Assembly (NCBI RefSeq): GCF_002105155.1
Contig: NW_019029013.1
Coordinates: forward strand, 310,001 to 374,000
Length of the DNA: 64,000 bases
Direction: 5' to 3'
Source of the DNA: Lobosporangium transversale
Taxonomy: Eukaryota
In this document: positions 51,717 through 63,000 of the stretch, one piece after another
Position numbering within the stretch: position 1 is the first letter of the stretch
Layout of the letters: each line of letters begins with the position of its first letter
Made by a program: the position numbers and the translations under genes
The notes under the pieces: generated by a model
What the model saw: only the letters and a program-made list of their open reading frames with translations
The model's database searches: none
What the model was told of the DNA's origin: nothing

Positions 51717-53729
51717 CTAAAAATTGGTGGGCTTGAAACTGGGTGCATTAACATCGAGGGTCATGGTTCGACCTGAAAGCGAGCGGTTCAGCTGTGGGTG
51801 GGCATCGAACGCAGGTGTAATCATCACGGCATCTCGCAGTTGCTTTCGCTCACGGATGGTGAAGACTTTACCAGGCTCTGGTCCTTTGGGTTGACGAATG
51901 GGGTAAATTACGTTGGCTGTCGCTTCAGGATTAAGGCTGTTCATATCCATTTGCAAGAAAAAAAAAAGCAGAGAAAAAAAAAAAGTTAATCAACAAGACT
52001 CTATTGACACACGATATAATAAACCATGAAGAGGGTGTACACATACATCATAGATTTTCTGTAGGGTGAGCGTGTTGGGGAAGCAGATCCTGCAGTAGAC
52101 TCAGTGAGAGAACTCTTTGTCTTGAGGACTGGACTTTCGGAACGAAGGCTTCCTCGTCCGGCATATGACATAGGACGTTGCTATTTGTTTAAAGACAGGT
52201 GCATTAGTGATTATTAAGAAGCAAGTTGAGACTCAAGACACATTAGGATTACTAACCACCTGTAGCAAGTGGTTGAGACATACCTTGGGTGACCTTGGGG
52301 CTGGAGCTTCTAGGAGCATATAAGGTGGAGGATTCTTCATAATAATGAGCCTGCGCATATTACCTTCGCCCTCGCTAAAATGATGCAAGGATAGCTTATC
52401 CGCAATAAGATGCAAAATCCTGCGCTGACGGCCGCTCAGATTCTCAGGGAAGATCATATCATCTTTTGTGGAATCTCCACGGAACACCAACAAGCGATCA
52501 TAAAATGCCAAAGTCTCGGGATCATTCAAATCCAGTTGATTCGCTGAAGTTAATGGCACAAGCGTTCAATGAGCGATGAGATCATTCTAGGTTATTAAAT
52601 CAATTGACATGTAAACCAAATACATTCCGGGAAATGAAGCCCTGCTTACCAGACGAAGAATAACGTGTGTCAACCTCATCGCGATCGAGACCCCGTCCAG
52701 AGCTCTGGCGATCCAGGAGAGCAGAGGATCGATTGCGACGGTCGCGCTCAAACTCACGGTTCTGGTGTTCAAGTTCACGGCGTTCCTGCTCGCGCCTTTC
52801 CTGCTCCAAAAGTTGAGCCTCCATTAGCTCCATTTCACGACGGTGAAGTGCCTCAGCAGCCTTTTCCTGCTCACGCTTCTCTTGTTCAGCAGCAGGCATG
52901 ACCTTCTTGAACTCGACACGAAGCTTGCGTCCGGAGACATCGAGACCATTGACGGCATTGACGACAAGTTCAGTCTCCTCTGCAGTGCGATAGTTAGCAA
53001 AAGCTAGTCCACGGAAGACACCGTTGTCAAAATGGTAATTGAAAGCATATGGCTTGGGAATGTCAAGATTGTCAAGAATCGCAAGGAGAGCATCTCGTTT
53101 AACTGAGAAAGGAATGTTTTTGATAACAATAGCTGTTGGGATTGTATCAACAGGCTCCTCTGTAGGCTGCTGCTGCGATTGTTGCTGTGATTGCTGCTGT
53201 TGAGCGTACGAGGGCTGCTGTACGCCATAGGCGTTAAATTGCTGCTGCTGCTGCTGACGAGAATCTTGAAACAAGGGAGATTGGATAGGTGAGCCCTGAG
53301 TATGATTCCAGTTCTATTTGACAGAAGGAAGAAATGAGCGAACGATTGAAGGGACAGGGGATGTGGAGAAAGTTTGAAAAATTGAGTGACACAGAGACAG
53401 ACAACGATGGGAGCAACCACAGACACAATTTATATCGCACAACGCACAACGCCTCCGGTGTTCAGTGCCCATGTCATTATACCAGCTAATATGAGCCATT
53501 AAACACTTACCACATTCGCCAAAGACAGGCGATTGGATTGGCGGCGCATATCCTTGCCATCTGCTCGCACACTATTGCGCTGCGAACCAGTGACAGGCTT
53601 GCGAGTCACGGGGCTGGATGGAGCACGTTCCGAGCCATACTGCGAATAACGGCGGTCAATAGGGGAGGCGAGCGCATTATCTCTGAGAGACATGGCATCA
53701 AAAGAAAGGTCAAGTTGTTTGGTAGTCAT
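51717..53729 (-). CDS. PIN4: RRM + R3H RNA-binding protein, PIN4/Cip1-Cip2-like; exons approx. 53729-53511, 53313-52650, 52543-52284, 52180-52047, ~51937-51717
   Basis: IPTAIVIKNIPF...AFNYHFDNGVFRGLAFANY RRM, LDLNDPETLAFY, R3H (QRRILHLIADKLSLHHFSEG) and IRQPKGP. Confidence 0.88.
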
Positions 53730-54243
53730 GATTGCCAAGGATCAGCAAAAAGGAAAGAAAAGAAAGTGAATTACAAAAAAAAAAGCGAGAGAAAGAGAGA
53801 GGGATTTGAATCTGAGTGTAGATCTGTTGTCTGTTGTTGCTGGATATTTTTTTATGAATGTAATATGTACAGTGATAGAATAATATATACAGGCAGGCGT
53901 ATAAAGCTAGCCAACAATGCAAGAAAAATAAAAAGGATTCTTTGAAGAATGCTTATTGAGCAAAGTAATCCGTTTGTATAGATGTATGAAAATTGGAATG
54001 TAAGCTGCTGGTACTGTTGATGATATTTTAAAGAATGTATTTAACAGTTCTTTTTTTTTTTTTTTTTTTTTTTCCTGGTTATTTGGTTTTTTTTTAGTTC
54101 AAAAAGTCAGATGAGATGATGCACTGGGTGGTGTTGGTCGTAAATGTACTATCCGAGGCAAAAACAAGGTAAAATGAGAAAAAATAAGGATATATAAAGG
54201 AGTGAGACAAAAATGATATATTTATATATATATATATATAAAA

Positions 54244-54266
54244 AGAGAGAGAGAGAGAGAGTGAGA

Positions 54267-54304
<38 letters not shown>
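54244..54304. repeat. (GA)n microsatellite preceded by (TA)n
   Basis: Near-perfect GA run upstream of the PIN4-like gene. Confidence 0.9.
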
Positions 54305-56271
54305 AGGAGAGGAAAATGGGGATGATGCGATAGAGTGAAAGAGAGGATGGGGATAGGATGATGAGATGGAATAAGGACAAAGAAAAAAAGAGAATGCCCT
54401 TCTCTTATTACAGGAGCAAAGCAAGTACAAAAATCCTCAGAAAAACATGTACATTTATACAACATGCATTCATTCGTACGTGAATGGAGCTGACAGGGAG
54501 CAAACATTCAGATTTTTCATTCGACGATGCGTATGAAAATATAAACAAATGATTAGTCCACCCATGAGTATCATTACAACATCTCGTTTCCAATAGTGAT
54601 TTGCTCAACTATGCAATTACAAGGTGTTACGATGGATCGATTGTCTCTGTCCATCAGATCAATTTTCTTGCCCTGTTGCATGCATAGAATTTTGCAAGAA
54701 GGAGAGCACAGCTAAATGAGTTAATTTGCCTACATGTACTTACTTGGCTAGACTTCTTTTTGTCACACCATACCACAAGTAATGATAATCCATAGATGAG
54801 AAAAAAAAAAGAGAAGAGCCTACAATAGAACGCTCACAGGCATCTCCAAGTTAATGCTCATCGAACTATCTAACGCGTATATTCGAGTAAATTTCAGACG
54901 TTCTTGTCACGCTCAAAAACGGTAGAACCAGAGAGATTACCAACAAACACTATTCTTCGGGGCCGTGGACCTCATATTTGATCCTTATTAATGACATGCT
55001 GGGATCAGTATTAAGTAAGGCCGTGTATAACAGCCCATTTATAATAATGGAAACAGCTATCCTGTTATCTTCTGGTTCAGATGTCTAAAGCTCGTAATTT
55101 CCAGTAAATGCGGGTTCGGTGCTTTGATTGATTAATCGACACAAATTTGTACAAACATAAAAAAGAAGAAACATCTAGTGAAGAGCTGGTAGGGCTGTCA
55201 ACATAAAGACTGATCTGCAATTTATTTATGGTGTACTTCTGGGTCACTTCCTAAGACGCTTTGGAAGCTATACTCTCTAACTTGTATAAGAGCAGCTACT
55301 TTTGAGCAGTTATGCTGCCCTGCCTTGATTAGCTCCTTTGGTTTAGCTTGTTTATTAAACCTAGAAATCTTGGCAGGCTTGTTGTGCCCTGAGCATTCTC
55401 TTCATAGATATGAGCGCCGGATTTTTATAAAGGTTGGAGCTACTATCAGTCCTATGGGTTTTAGTGTCGGCTGTTGGGGATGATGTTTGCTCCTTTCTCG
55501 TCGTTCGGCGCCTCTGGTGAGGCTCTGACAAGATCTGCTACAGCCTTGATGACATAGTACACAATTGAAGAAGATCCAACTGTAACCCCTTCTTGGTGAA
55601 ATCGTTAATGTACCAAGCACAGCGGTCGTAGCTAACTCCCTACAGGACGGTTAGGTCTGTAATAGTGTCCAAGGAGCAGAATCCTGATATAGTCATTTCT
55701 CGGCCGGAATCCGACAAGCTCGAGAGGATTCTTCCATATAGGAACACACTCATGGGCTGAAGTCCTCCAGCCCCAACAACTAACTTAACTTTGCCAGTGA
55801 AGATATTAACCCTTCATGAGGAAGAGAATCAAGATCGCCCATTCAGCTAACGGTCAAAGACCGAATTAAACCGAACTTTAGGATCGTTTGGACGGATTGT
55901 TTAATTTGATGTCATGAATAGTGCTGTCTTGTTGAGGGGACCATATCTCGTATTGGTACCTATAGGCACGAGAGCAATACTCATGAGCCTACTTCCATGC
56001 CACCGTTGAATAGGCCATCCCCCAGGTAGTTGGTGTAATGTATCCTGAACGACTTGAGGGGATCTTCGACCTTTTTGAGGGCTCTGAGAAAATGTCCTTG
56101 TGAGAGATTCCTTTAAACTTGATCAATAAGAACCTTTTTTTACTTACATTTCTATCCGCAGAGCACCCACAGCATCTTATCCGTAAGGTAAAGATATGTA
56201 ATCTTCCATGTTAGGAGAAAATGAACCATGCATAGGCTAATTAGTAACGTTAGTAAGGAGACGAAAGAAAG

Positions 56272-56304
56272 TTTTTTTATTTTTTGATAACAAGGACCCT
56301 AAGA

Positions 56305-56344
<40 letters not shown>

Positions 56345-56792
56345 ATAACAAGGACCCACGAGGTCATGTAGGATTTATTTAGATGTTAGCTCTATAAATG
56401 GGTTGCCCTATTACTGGGGTCGCAAATAAAGCGGTATCCAATAATCGGCCGAAGCCGCATCGTCATACTGCCACAGTACTACATCCTGTTCATAAACCAC
56501 GTCAGCATTGAGTAGACTTCCTTGGTCCCAGAAGACCTGTGGCACGGCTCCCTACTTGGCCTGTTGTGCGCGAAGGTCATCCTTTAGCCGCTGTCCTCAA
56601 TCATCAAAAATTTGCAGCTTTCCAGGCGCTCCATAATCGCCAATTCCACCTGCTGCCGGTAGCTTGCCGCCACTCGCCGGTCTGCCTCAGTCCTGATCGC
56701 CTTCACATCTGCTGTTCGTCGTTGTCCCTGGTGAGAGCCAAAGAATTCACCTCTGCTACGTCTGTGCCTAACAAGGACCCTAAGACTCTCAG
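56272..56792 (-). mobile_element. Tiny tail-only retroposon (about 25 nt plus poly-A) with a 17-bp TSD, itself interrupted by a later LINE insertion
   Basis: AAGGAGACGAAAGAAAG is duplicated at 56255-56271 and 56793-56809. The reconstructed insert is CTGAGAGTCTTAGGGTCCTTGTTATC plus poly(A) on the minus strand. Confidence 0.8.
56309..56768 (-). mobile_element. 5'-truncated young LINE copy (matches 39752-40205) with a 21-bp TSD
   Basis: Near-identical reverse complement of the full-length element's 3' end, with poly-T at 56309-56343. TAACAAGGACCCTAAGACTCT is duplicated at 56288-56308 and 56769-56789. Confidence 0.95.
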
Positions 56793-56827
56793 AAGGAGAC
56801 GAAAGAAAGATTATGATCTACAGATCT

Positions 56828-56960
56828 TCTTTTTTTTTTTTTTTTTTGATAACGAGGTCTCATTAAGATTGTTCCCCCGCTGGGAACTGAGCTGATAACC
56901 ATCAGTGGCTAGTCTAGAAGCTATACGGCTACGCCAAGGGTGCACCCACCCGCCATCTTA
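56828..56960 (-). mobile_element. Short tailed retroposon of a related family (SINE- or LINE-derived 3' fragment)
   Basis: Minus strand ends ...GAGACCTCGTTATC plus poly(A), the same GTTATC-poly(A) terminus as the LINE. The body is GC-rich with hairpins, and no clear TSD was found. Confidence 0.6.
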
Positions 56961-57064
56961 CTAGAGTTTTTTTTTTATAATGGTATTCAGTCAGTTTATT
57001 ATCACGTGATATAACCAAGAGTATATTGGGTTTATATATTACTAGAAAATACGAATGCCAAGAA

Positions 57065-57136
57065 GGTCTACTGGCCCAATGGAAAGGCGTCTGACTACGA
57101 ATCAGGAGATTGCAGGTTCGACCCCTGCGTAGATCA
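57065..57136 (+). tRNA. tRNA-Arg (ACG)
   Basis: GGTCTACTGGCCCAATGGAAAGGCGTCTGACTACGAATCAGGAGATTGCAGGTTCGACCCCTGCGTAGATCA folds as a cloverleaf with anticodon loop CT ACG AA, followed by TTTT. Confidence 0.96.
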
Positions 57137-58421
57137 TACTTTTGCATCTTTTGTCCCAAAGAATGACAGGTGTCAGATTTTTCTGTTGCATAGATCATTT
57201 TTGACACATAATAAAACATTAGTAAATATATATTTATCATGTGTAGTTATTTTAATTTTAATGTCAGGGTGTGTTGTTAGTGCAAGGCAGAAGATCGATT
57301 AGCTACTATAAGAGAGATCCTCAAATTACACGAAAGCTTAAAAAAGAGCAATCAGAAGGAGCAAGAACTGAAAGCCTGCAAAACTTGCTGCTCATTTACA
57401 GGTTGGTGGCGACTGGGCTCTTCACGTGACATAATATAATAGCTAGATATCTATTTTTATTTTGGTGTTTTAAACAACCTAACTTTTGAACATTGACAAT
57501 CGAGTAGTGTGGGGTATGCAACCCTTTAATCCTAATGTTGGATTGTAGAGAGCAGAACATTTTTATGGATATATTTCAATTCAATTACGAAGATCTATAG
57601 ATTGTAGTGTAAAAAAAAGCAATAAGAGCAAAAATAATGCATACCACATTATGTCTGTAGACAATGAGCAATGAGAATAATGTTCCCTCTATTCATAGTA
57701 GGATAAGAATAATGGCACGCCATGCACCACAGTAGGCGCACTTAGTATATTTTCAGACATTGCAAGCTGAGGATGAGATATGTCCCATGTTGTTAGCACT
57801 AATTAGTTCTTTTTTTTATATCATCCTCTACCCAATTGGCAGGTTGTGCTCTCACACTTATTTTGCCTTGCTCTTTTTTTTTGGTGCATTGGTATAGTCC
57901 GTTTCATTTGGTCGCGATCCCTTATATTTTTTGAATACTCTCAAGTATATTGGCAGCCAATTACCTCGCTTGTTCCAAGTTCGTCAGGCAGTGAGATGCC
58001 ACTAAGGTCAATTAAATTATCGTTTTTAGATTAAAGATATATGGGATCGCGACCAAATGAAATGGGTGATACTTTTAGCAATAAAGCTCCTTTCTATGTA
58101 GTCCCTATAGACACAAATGTTCATATCTTTTCTTTTTATGGTTATTTCTCTTTATTGTTCTTGTCATCCTCTCTTTCTTTCTCTTTTTTCTTTACTTTTA
58201 CAGCCACCTCATCGTCACTGCATTCACATTCACATTCACATTTACATTGATTCGCTTTTTTCATTACTCTTATTTTTATTTTTATTTTTTTCCGTTCAAA
58301 AGAACGTTTCACAAACCTTTTCGTGTCGCCTTTACTTTCTGCCAATCGTTTGCGGCGTTTGGTCGTGGTCTGTGCCCACAAAGTACATTTCGAGAACAGT
58401 TTCCCATTCTAACAAGGTGTG

Positions 58422-60059
58422 ATGGCCTTTTCACAAAAACTCCAGCACAATCCGCAGGTACCGAGAGATATCTTTGCATCCTTACAGGACTTCCCTAAAC
58501 GGTGCCATCAGGACCACCATCATTATCGACATCATCATAGTTATCACCATCGACAGAAGCAGCAGCAGCGGCGGCGGCGGCGGCGGCGGTCGCATGGTGT
58601 CCCTCTAGTTATTCTCATCACCTTAGTCACCTTAGTCACCATCTTCATCTCGTCATCAGTCCTACTTTTGCCAGTACAGGCTGTAGCCTTCGAGGTCTTG
58701 GTCACTAAACCTTCAACGCGCGTCACCGACGCCAGCTCTTCTACAAAGCTCCTAAATAGCGAGAATAAAGGCAACAAAACGAGCAGAGTCTTGGCGGGCT
58801 CTAATGGCAATCCTTTCAAATCCAAATACCTTGGCAATGCTATTGTGACGAATGCAAAGAACTTGGGCTATTCGGGTACAATTGTTTTGGGCAACAATCC
58901 CCCGCAACTGTTCGAAGTAGTTTTTGATACTGGTAGCGACATGATTGTGGTCACATCAGACCATTGCAAAGGTTTACATTGTGACGATATGGCTCACTAT
59001 AAATGTTCCTCATGTTCTCGAACGCCTTATTCCTATAATATCACTTATGGCGATGGGACTTGGGGTAGTGGGCCCATTGTTTCAGACTCAGTCTCGATTG
59101 GCGGCCTGGTCATTCATAACCAACAAATTCTGGATATCACACGGAGTGGGTTAGATTTGTCATCATAAGGCCCAGGGATTTCTGGTATTGTAGGGCTGAT
59201 GCCTAGCTCCCCCATCAAGAACGCCATCCCACCACTAGCTACCATCTTCAAAAGCAAACTTCTGGATATGAACGTGTTCTCGGTCTATTTAACACCGGTA
59301 CTAGACCGAAATCAAGGTGGATCTTTTCTATTTGGTGGAGTCGATCGAACCAAATATGTTGGCGAGTTGAATCAGGTCCCTATTTCGATTGCTCCGGGTG
59401 TTCGTGAGGGGATATGGTATGTGGAAGCTGACAATGCGTATGTAGGGGATACTCCTGTGACTGGATATACACAATCACCCTGGCTATTCGATACAGGCAC
59501 ATCTTTTATTGCAGTTCCTTCAAGCTTTGCAGAGGAATTTCATGCTAATATCCCAGGATCGGCCTATTCGGAAGCGGATCGGGTCTATACGTTACCTTGT
59601 GAAGGGAACCATACATTTGGGATCTCATTCAATGGTATTAAATACGAGGTGCCATACTCGGATTATATCGCTGTTGCCAGCAGTAGTGACGATGGAGGAT
59701 CTACTAATGCATCGCTCTGTGTATCACTGATCATGTTCGGAGACTATGATATGTATATTCTAGGAGATCCTTTCCTAAGACAGGTGTATACAGTATATGA
59801 CTTTACGCCAGGTGCAGGCAGGATAGGTTTGGGCAAGATTAATGTGACGAGTGTGTCCTTGGGGATCGAAGGTTTATCGGGAAGTCCTGTTCCAGGGGGC
59901 ACCATCATCACGCCCGTCAAGGACAAATCTTCATCTGCAAAGAGCCTGCTCTTTGAGCCCAGATTTAAGTTTAAGCTCGACATTAGCGCGAACTTGATGA
60001 CCACACTCGCCAGCTTGAGTATCTTTATTATAACTACGACCTTCATTATATCTGCCTAA
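58422..60059 (+). pseudogene. Pepsin-like (A1) aspartic protease with signal anchor and hydrophobic C-tail, interrupted by an in-frame TAA at 59166-59168
   Basis: Both catalytic motifs (VVFDTGS, LFDTGTS), the flap ITYGDG and ILGDPFLR are in one reading frame, broken by a single stop (LDLSS*GPGISGIVGL). Confidence 0.8.
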
Positions 60060-63000
60060 GAAGAACCGTGAAAATAAATAAAATAAATTAAAGTAGTTTA
60101 TAGCATTTAAAAGAAGATGAAGTAAAAAAGAGAGGAAGTAGGAGCATTACAGTTGTAATTTTTGCAAAAGAACATTAATAATAGACGAAATAGTAAAAAG
60201 ACGGGGGTTTGTATCGGGTCAGAAGCCATGAGGCCCAAAGGTGTGGATCAAATATAAAAAAGATAGAAAGGAGGAAGGAGAAATGATCAAGAACCATAAT
60301 AGTACTAAAAAAGGAGATGTCTCTACACTGATTATGCATGGAAACAAAATTGTTGCCACCAAAAAAAAAAAAAAAAAAAGCATTACCAAAGCAGACTCAG
60401 AACAACAAACAAATAGCCATGCGAACAGAATGGAACGTAAATCCTAACTGGAGCGTTTTTAGAGCAAACTATGGAGTTCAGTTATTTTCTCCTTATTCAT
60501 CTTATTTTCAGTTTCGCACTTGTTGAGTTTCCATTCAGACCTAGGAGACGAAAGAGGAAAAAGAAGAAAAGGAGGAGGTAGAGGAAAAGAAGAAAAGGAG
60601 AAAGGGAAGGAAGTGGAGGATAGAGTGAAGATATCAAACAGTTGTACCCGGCCTGGAGCCGTGCCTCCAAGCTCCTGAGACTTTATCTCCTGATGGTCTC
60701 AGCCAGTAAACAGAAACATTCCGTATTGGAATATCTCCTCAATTGTAGGCGTTTAAGGGCAAACATGCTTGACAAAGCACAGAAGGGTAAACAAGGATAG
60801 AGTATATATAAGCAAATGACTGTTCCCAGCCCCATTCACGCATGTCCCCACCTCTTTTTGGTCCATTGTTCCCTATCCTTTGTAAAAAATTTTTCTTGTT
60901 TTCTTTTAACATCCCCGTTGATCTTGTCGCACGCATTGAGCAAACCAACCATACCTCTCTCCACCATCACACTTCATATTGATTTGATATGAAAAAACTC
61001 AAGGTAAACTTGCATTGAGCAGCTAAACAGCCTATCATTCTCTATCCCTTCGCATGCCTCACCGGGAATGATGCAATTCTATCAACTACATACACCTCTT
61101 CGAGTGGGCACATCTTTGAGAAAGGCGAAAAATATTGCCTTGGTAGCCTCTCCAACATATGGTCCATATATTTCTATGCTCTTTTCTCCCATCCCATGTT
61201 GCTGCGCCGAATTGACACAGACAATTTTTTCTTTTTGCGCCTTTCAAAGAATAGTATCTGATCTCAACTACAAACGCTGGGGTATTTTTTACAAGATTTT
61301 ACCCCGACTTTTCCTCTCCACTATCTCCGCCCCTTCTTTCTCTCTCTCTCTCTCTCTCTCTCTCAGCCTAATCCTGCACGCATATCATACTGCATATTTT
61401 TCTTTACATCATCATCTGCATATCATTTCCTTGGAATCCAATACACTCAGGAATTTTGCATAAAAAAAAGAAATAGTAAAAGCAAACAAAGGCAGAAGTG
61501 ACAAGCTGTGGAGTGAGTAAAGGAGAAGGGAGAAAGAAGTTTTTGGACAGTATTACGAAAGAAAGATCCACATACCGAGACCAAACATTGATCATGCAGA
61601 CGGAGAATCTGGTCTTCCTTTTTTAAATACCATGATCCCTGGCTCCTTTTCAAACTTTGATTTTATGCAAAAAAAAAAAAGAAAGTGCCTCCTTTTTCTG
61701 TAGCCTCTGACCCTGGTCGCTGTAACGGTAGCGGAAAGAAATGCGGAAAAAAATATTACAGTTTTATCCATGCAGCTATTTACAATTGCAAAGAAAACAG
61801 GGATTGGGTAATGGTAGTACAGAGCAAAAGACGACATACAGGATTGGGTTTTTATTGTTTTTTATTTCACTCCGCGGTGTTCTCACAAGCCCGCTTTTAT
61901 TTCTTTGCTGGCTTTATTCCATAATAAATAAAGCATTCCATCCCATCCCATTTCTCAAACAATATTAACCTTCCATCCATTCTTTACCTTCCTTTCCTTC
62001 CTATCACCCGTACCCTCATTTTTTTCCCTGCTTCATATTCCTTTTTAAATCTCGAAACAAAGTAAGTTGCTCCCCTATTGAAATAAATTATTTCGTGTGA
62101 ATGGACCTGCAGAGTCAAAAAGAGAAAAAAGTCAAGGGTTCAGGGTCTCATTTAGTACAACCTTTTTCAACATGGGATAAAATCCGAGGCCATTGCATCC
62201 TCGTTTTCATCCTCCCTCCACAAGCTTGATTTAAGAGCCTTAATTCAAAGCACATTCAATTTCTTATTAAGCACAAGTCCAACAACACCTTTTTTTTTTT
62301 TTTTTTTTTTTTTTTTGGAATCTGTTTATATGGCAGTGCAATTTTTCTTCTTTTTTTGGATGTCTGTGTTATTTCTTGTCCTACCAAGAAATAACAAAAG
62401 AAAAGCTTGATGTAGTAGAAAAGCCTGTGTTGAAGAAAAGGATAACGCGTTTTTTTTCATCAGATCATGGAATAGGGGGGAGTGAGACAATACATTCATA
62501 TTAATATTCTTTCATTCCCAAACATTCATTATGTTTGAAATGAATAAAAAAAAAGGAGCCATAAGTTGGAGAGCGGAATCTTGTCTCAAGAAGTTCCTGA
62601 ACAAATAATCATCATGCAGCTGGGAACAGGCCGCCACTTATTCAATAGCTGTAGTTGTATATTCAAGTTTGGGAGGCTTTTTCACTTTTTCTTAAATGCT
62701 GTCTATTTTTGACAAAGAATGACCGAACACGAACCATTCATATTCCTTAATTTATCATGGAGTAAATCTAGGAGATAAAAAGCACGATCCTCTTGTAAGA
62801 GGTTTGAACTGGCCGTACAATTCACGTCATGTCTGTTCCCTTGTTCCCCCTATTTTTGTTTCTGTTCCTGATGCCACGTTTTTTAATAACATCAATTGAC
62901 TTTTTTAACTGTCGTGAGGTTATTAGAGGCCCTCTGAGCTTTTTTTTTTCCTTGGCTCAATCGTTATACCTTATGCTTCTTGATGAAATCAAAACATCAA

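Noticed and set aside
56255..56850. CRISPR-like or LTR interpretation of the short direct repeats
   Set aside because: The repeats are explained as TSDs and poly(A)-tailed retroposon ends, there is no regular repeat-spacer period, and the context is eukaryotic.
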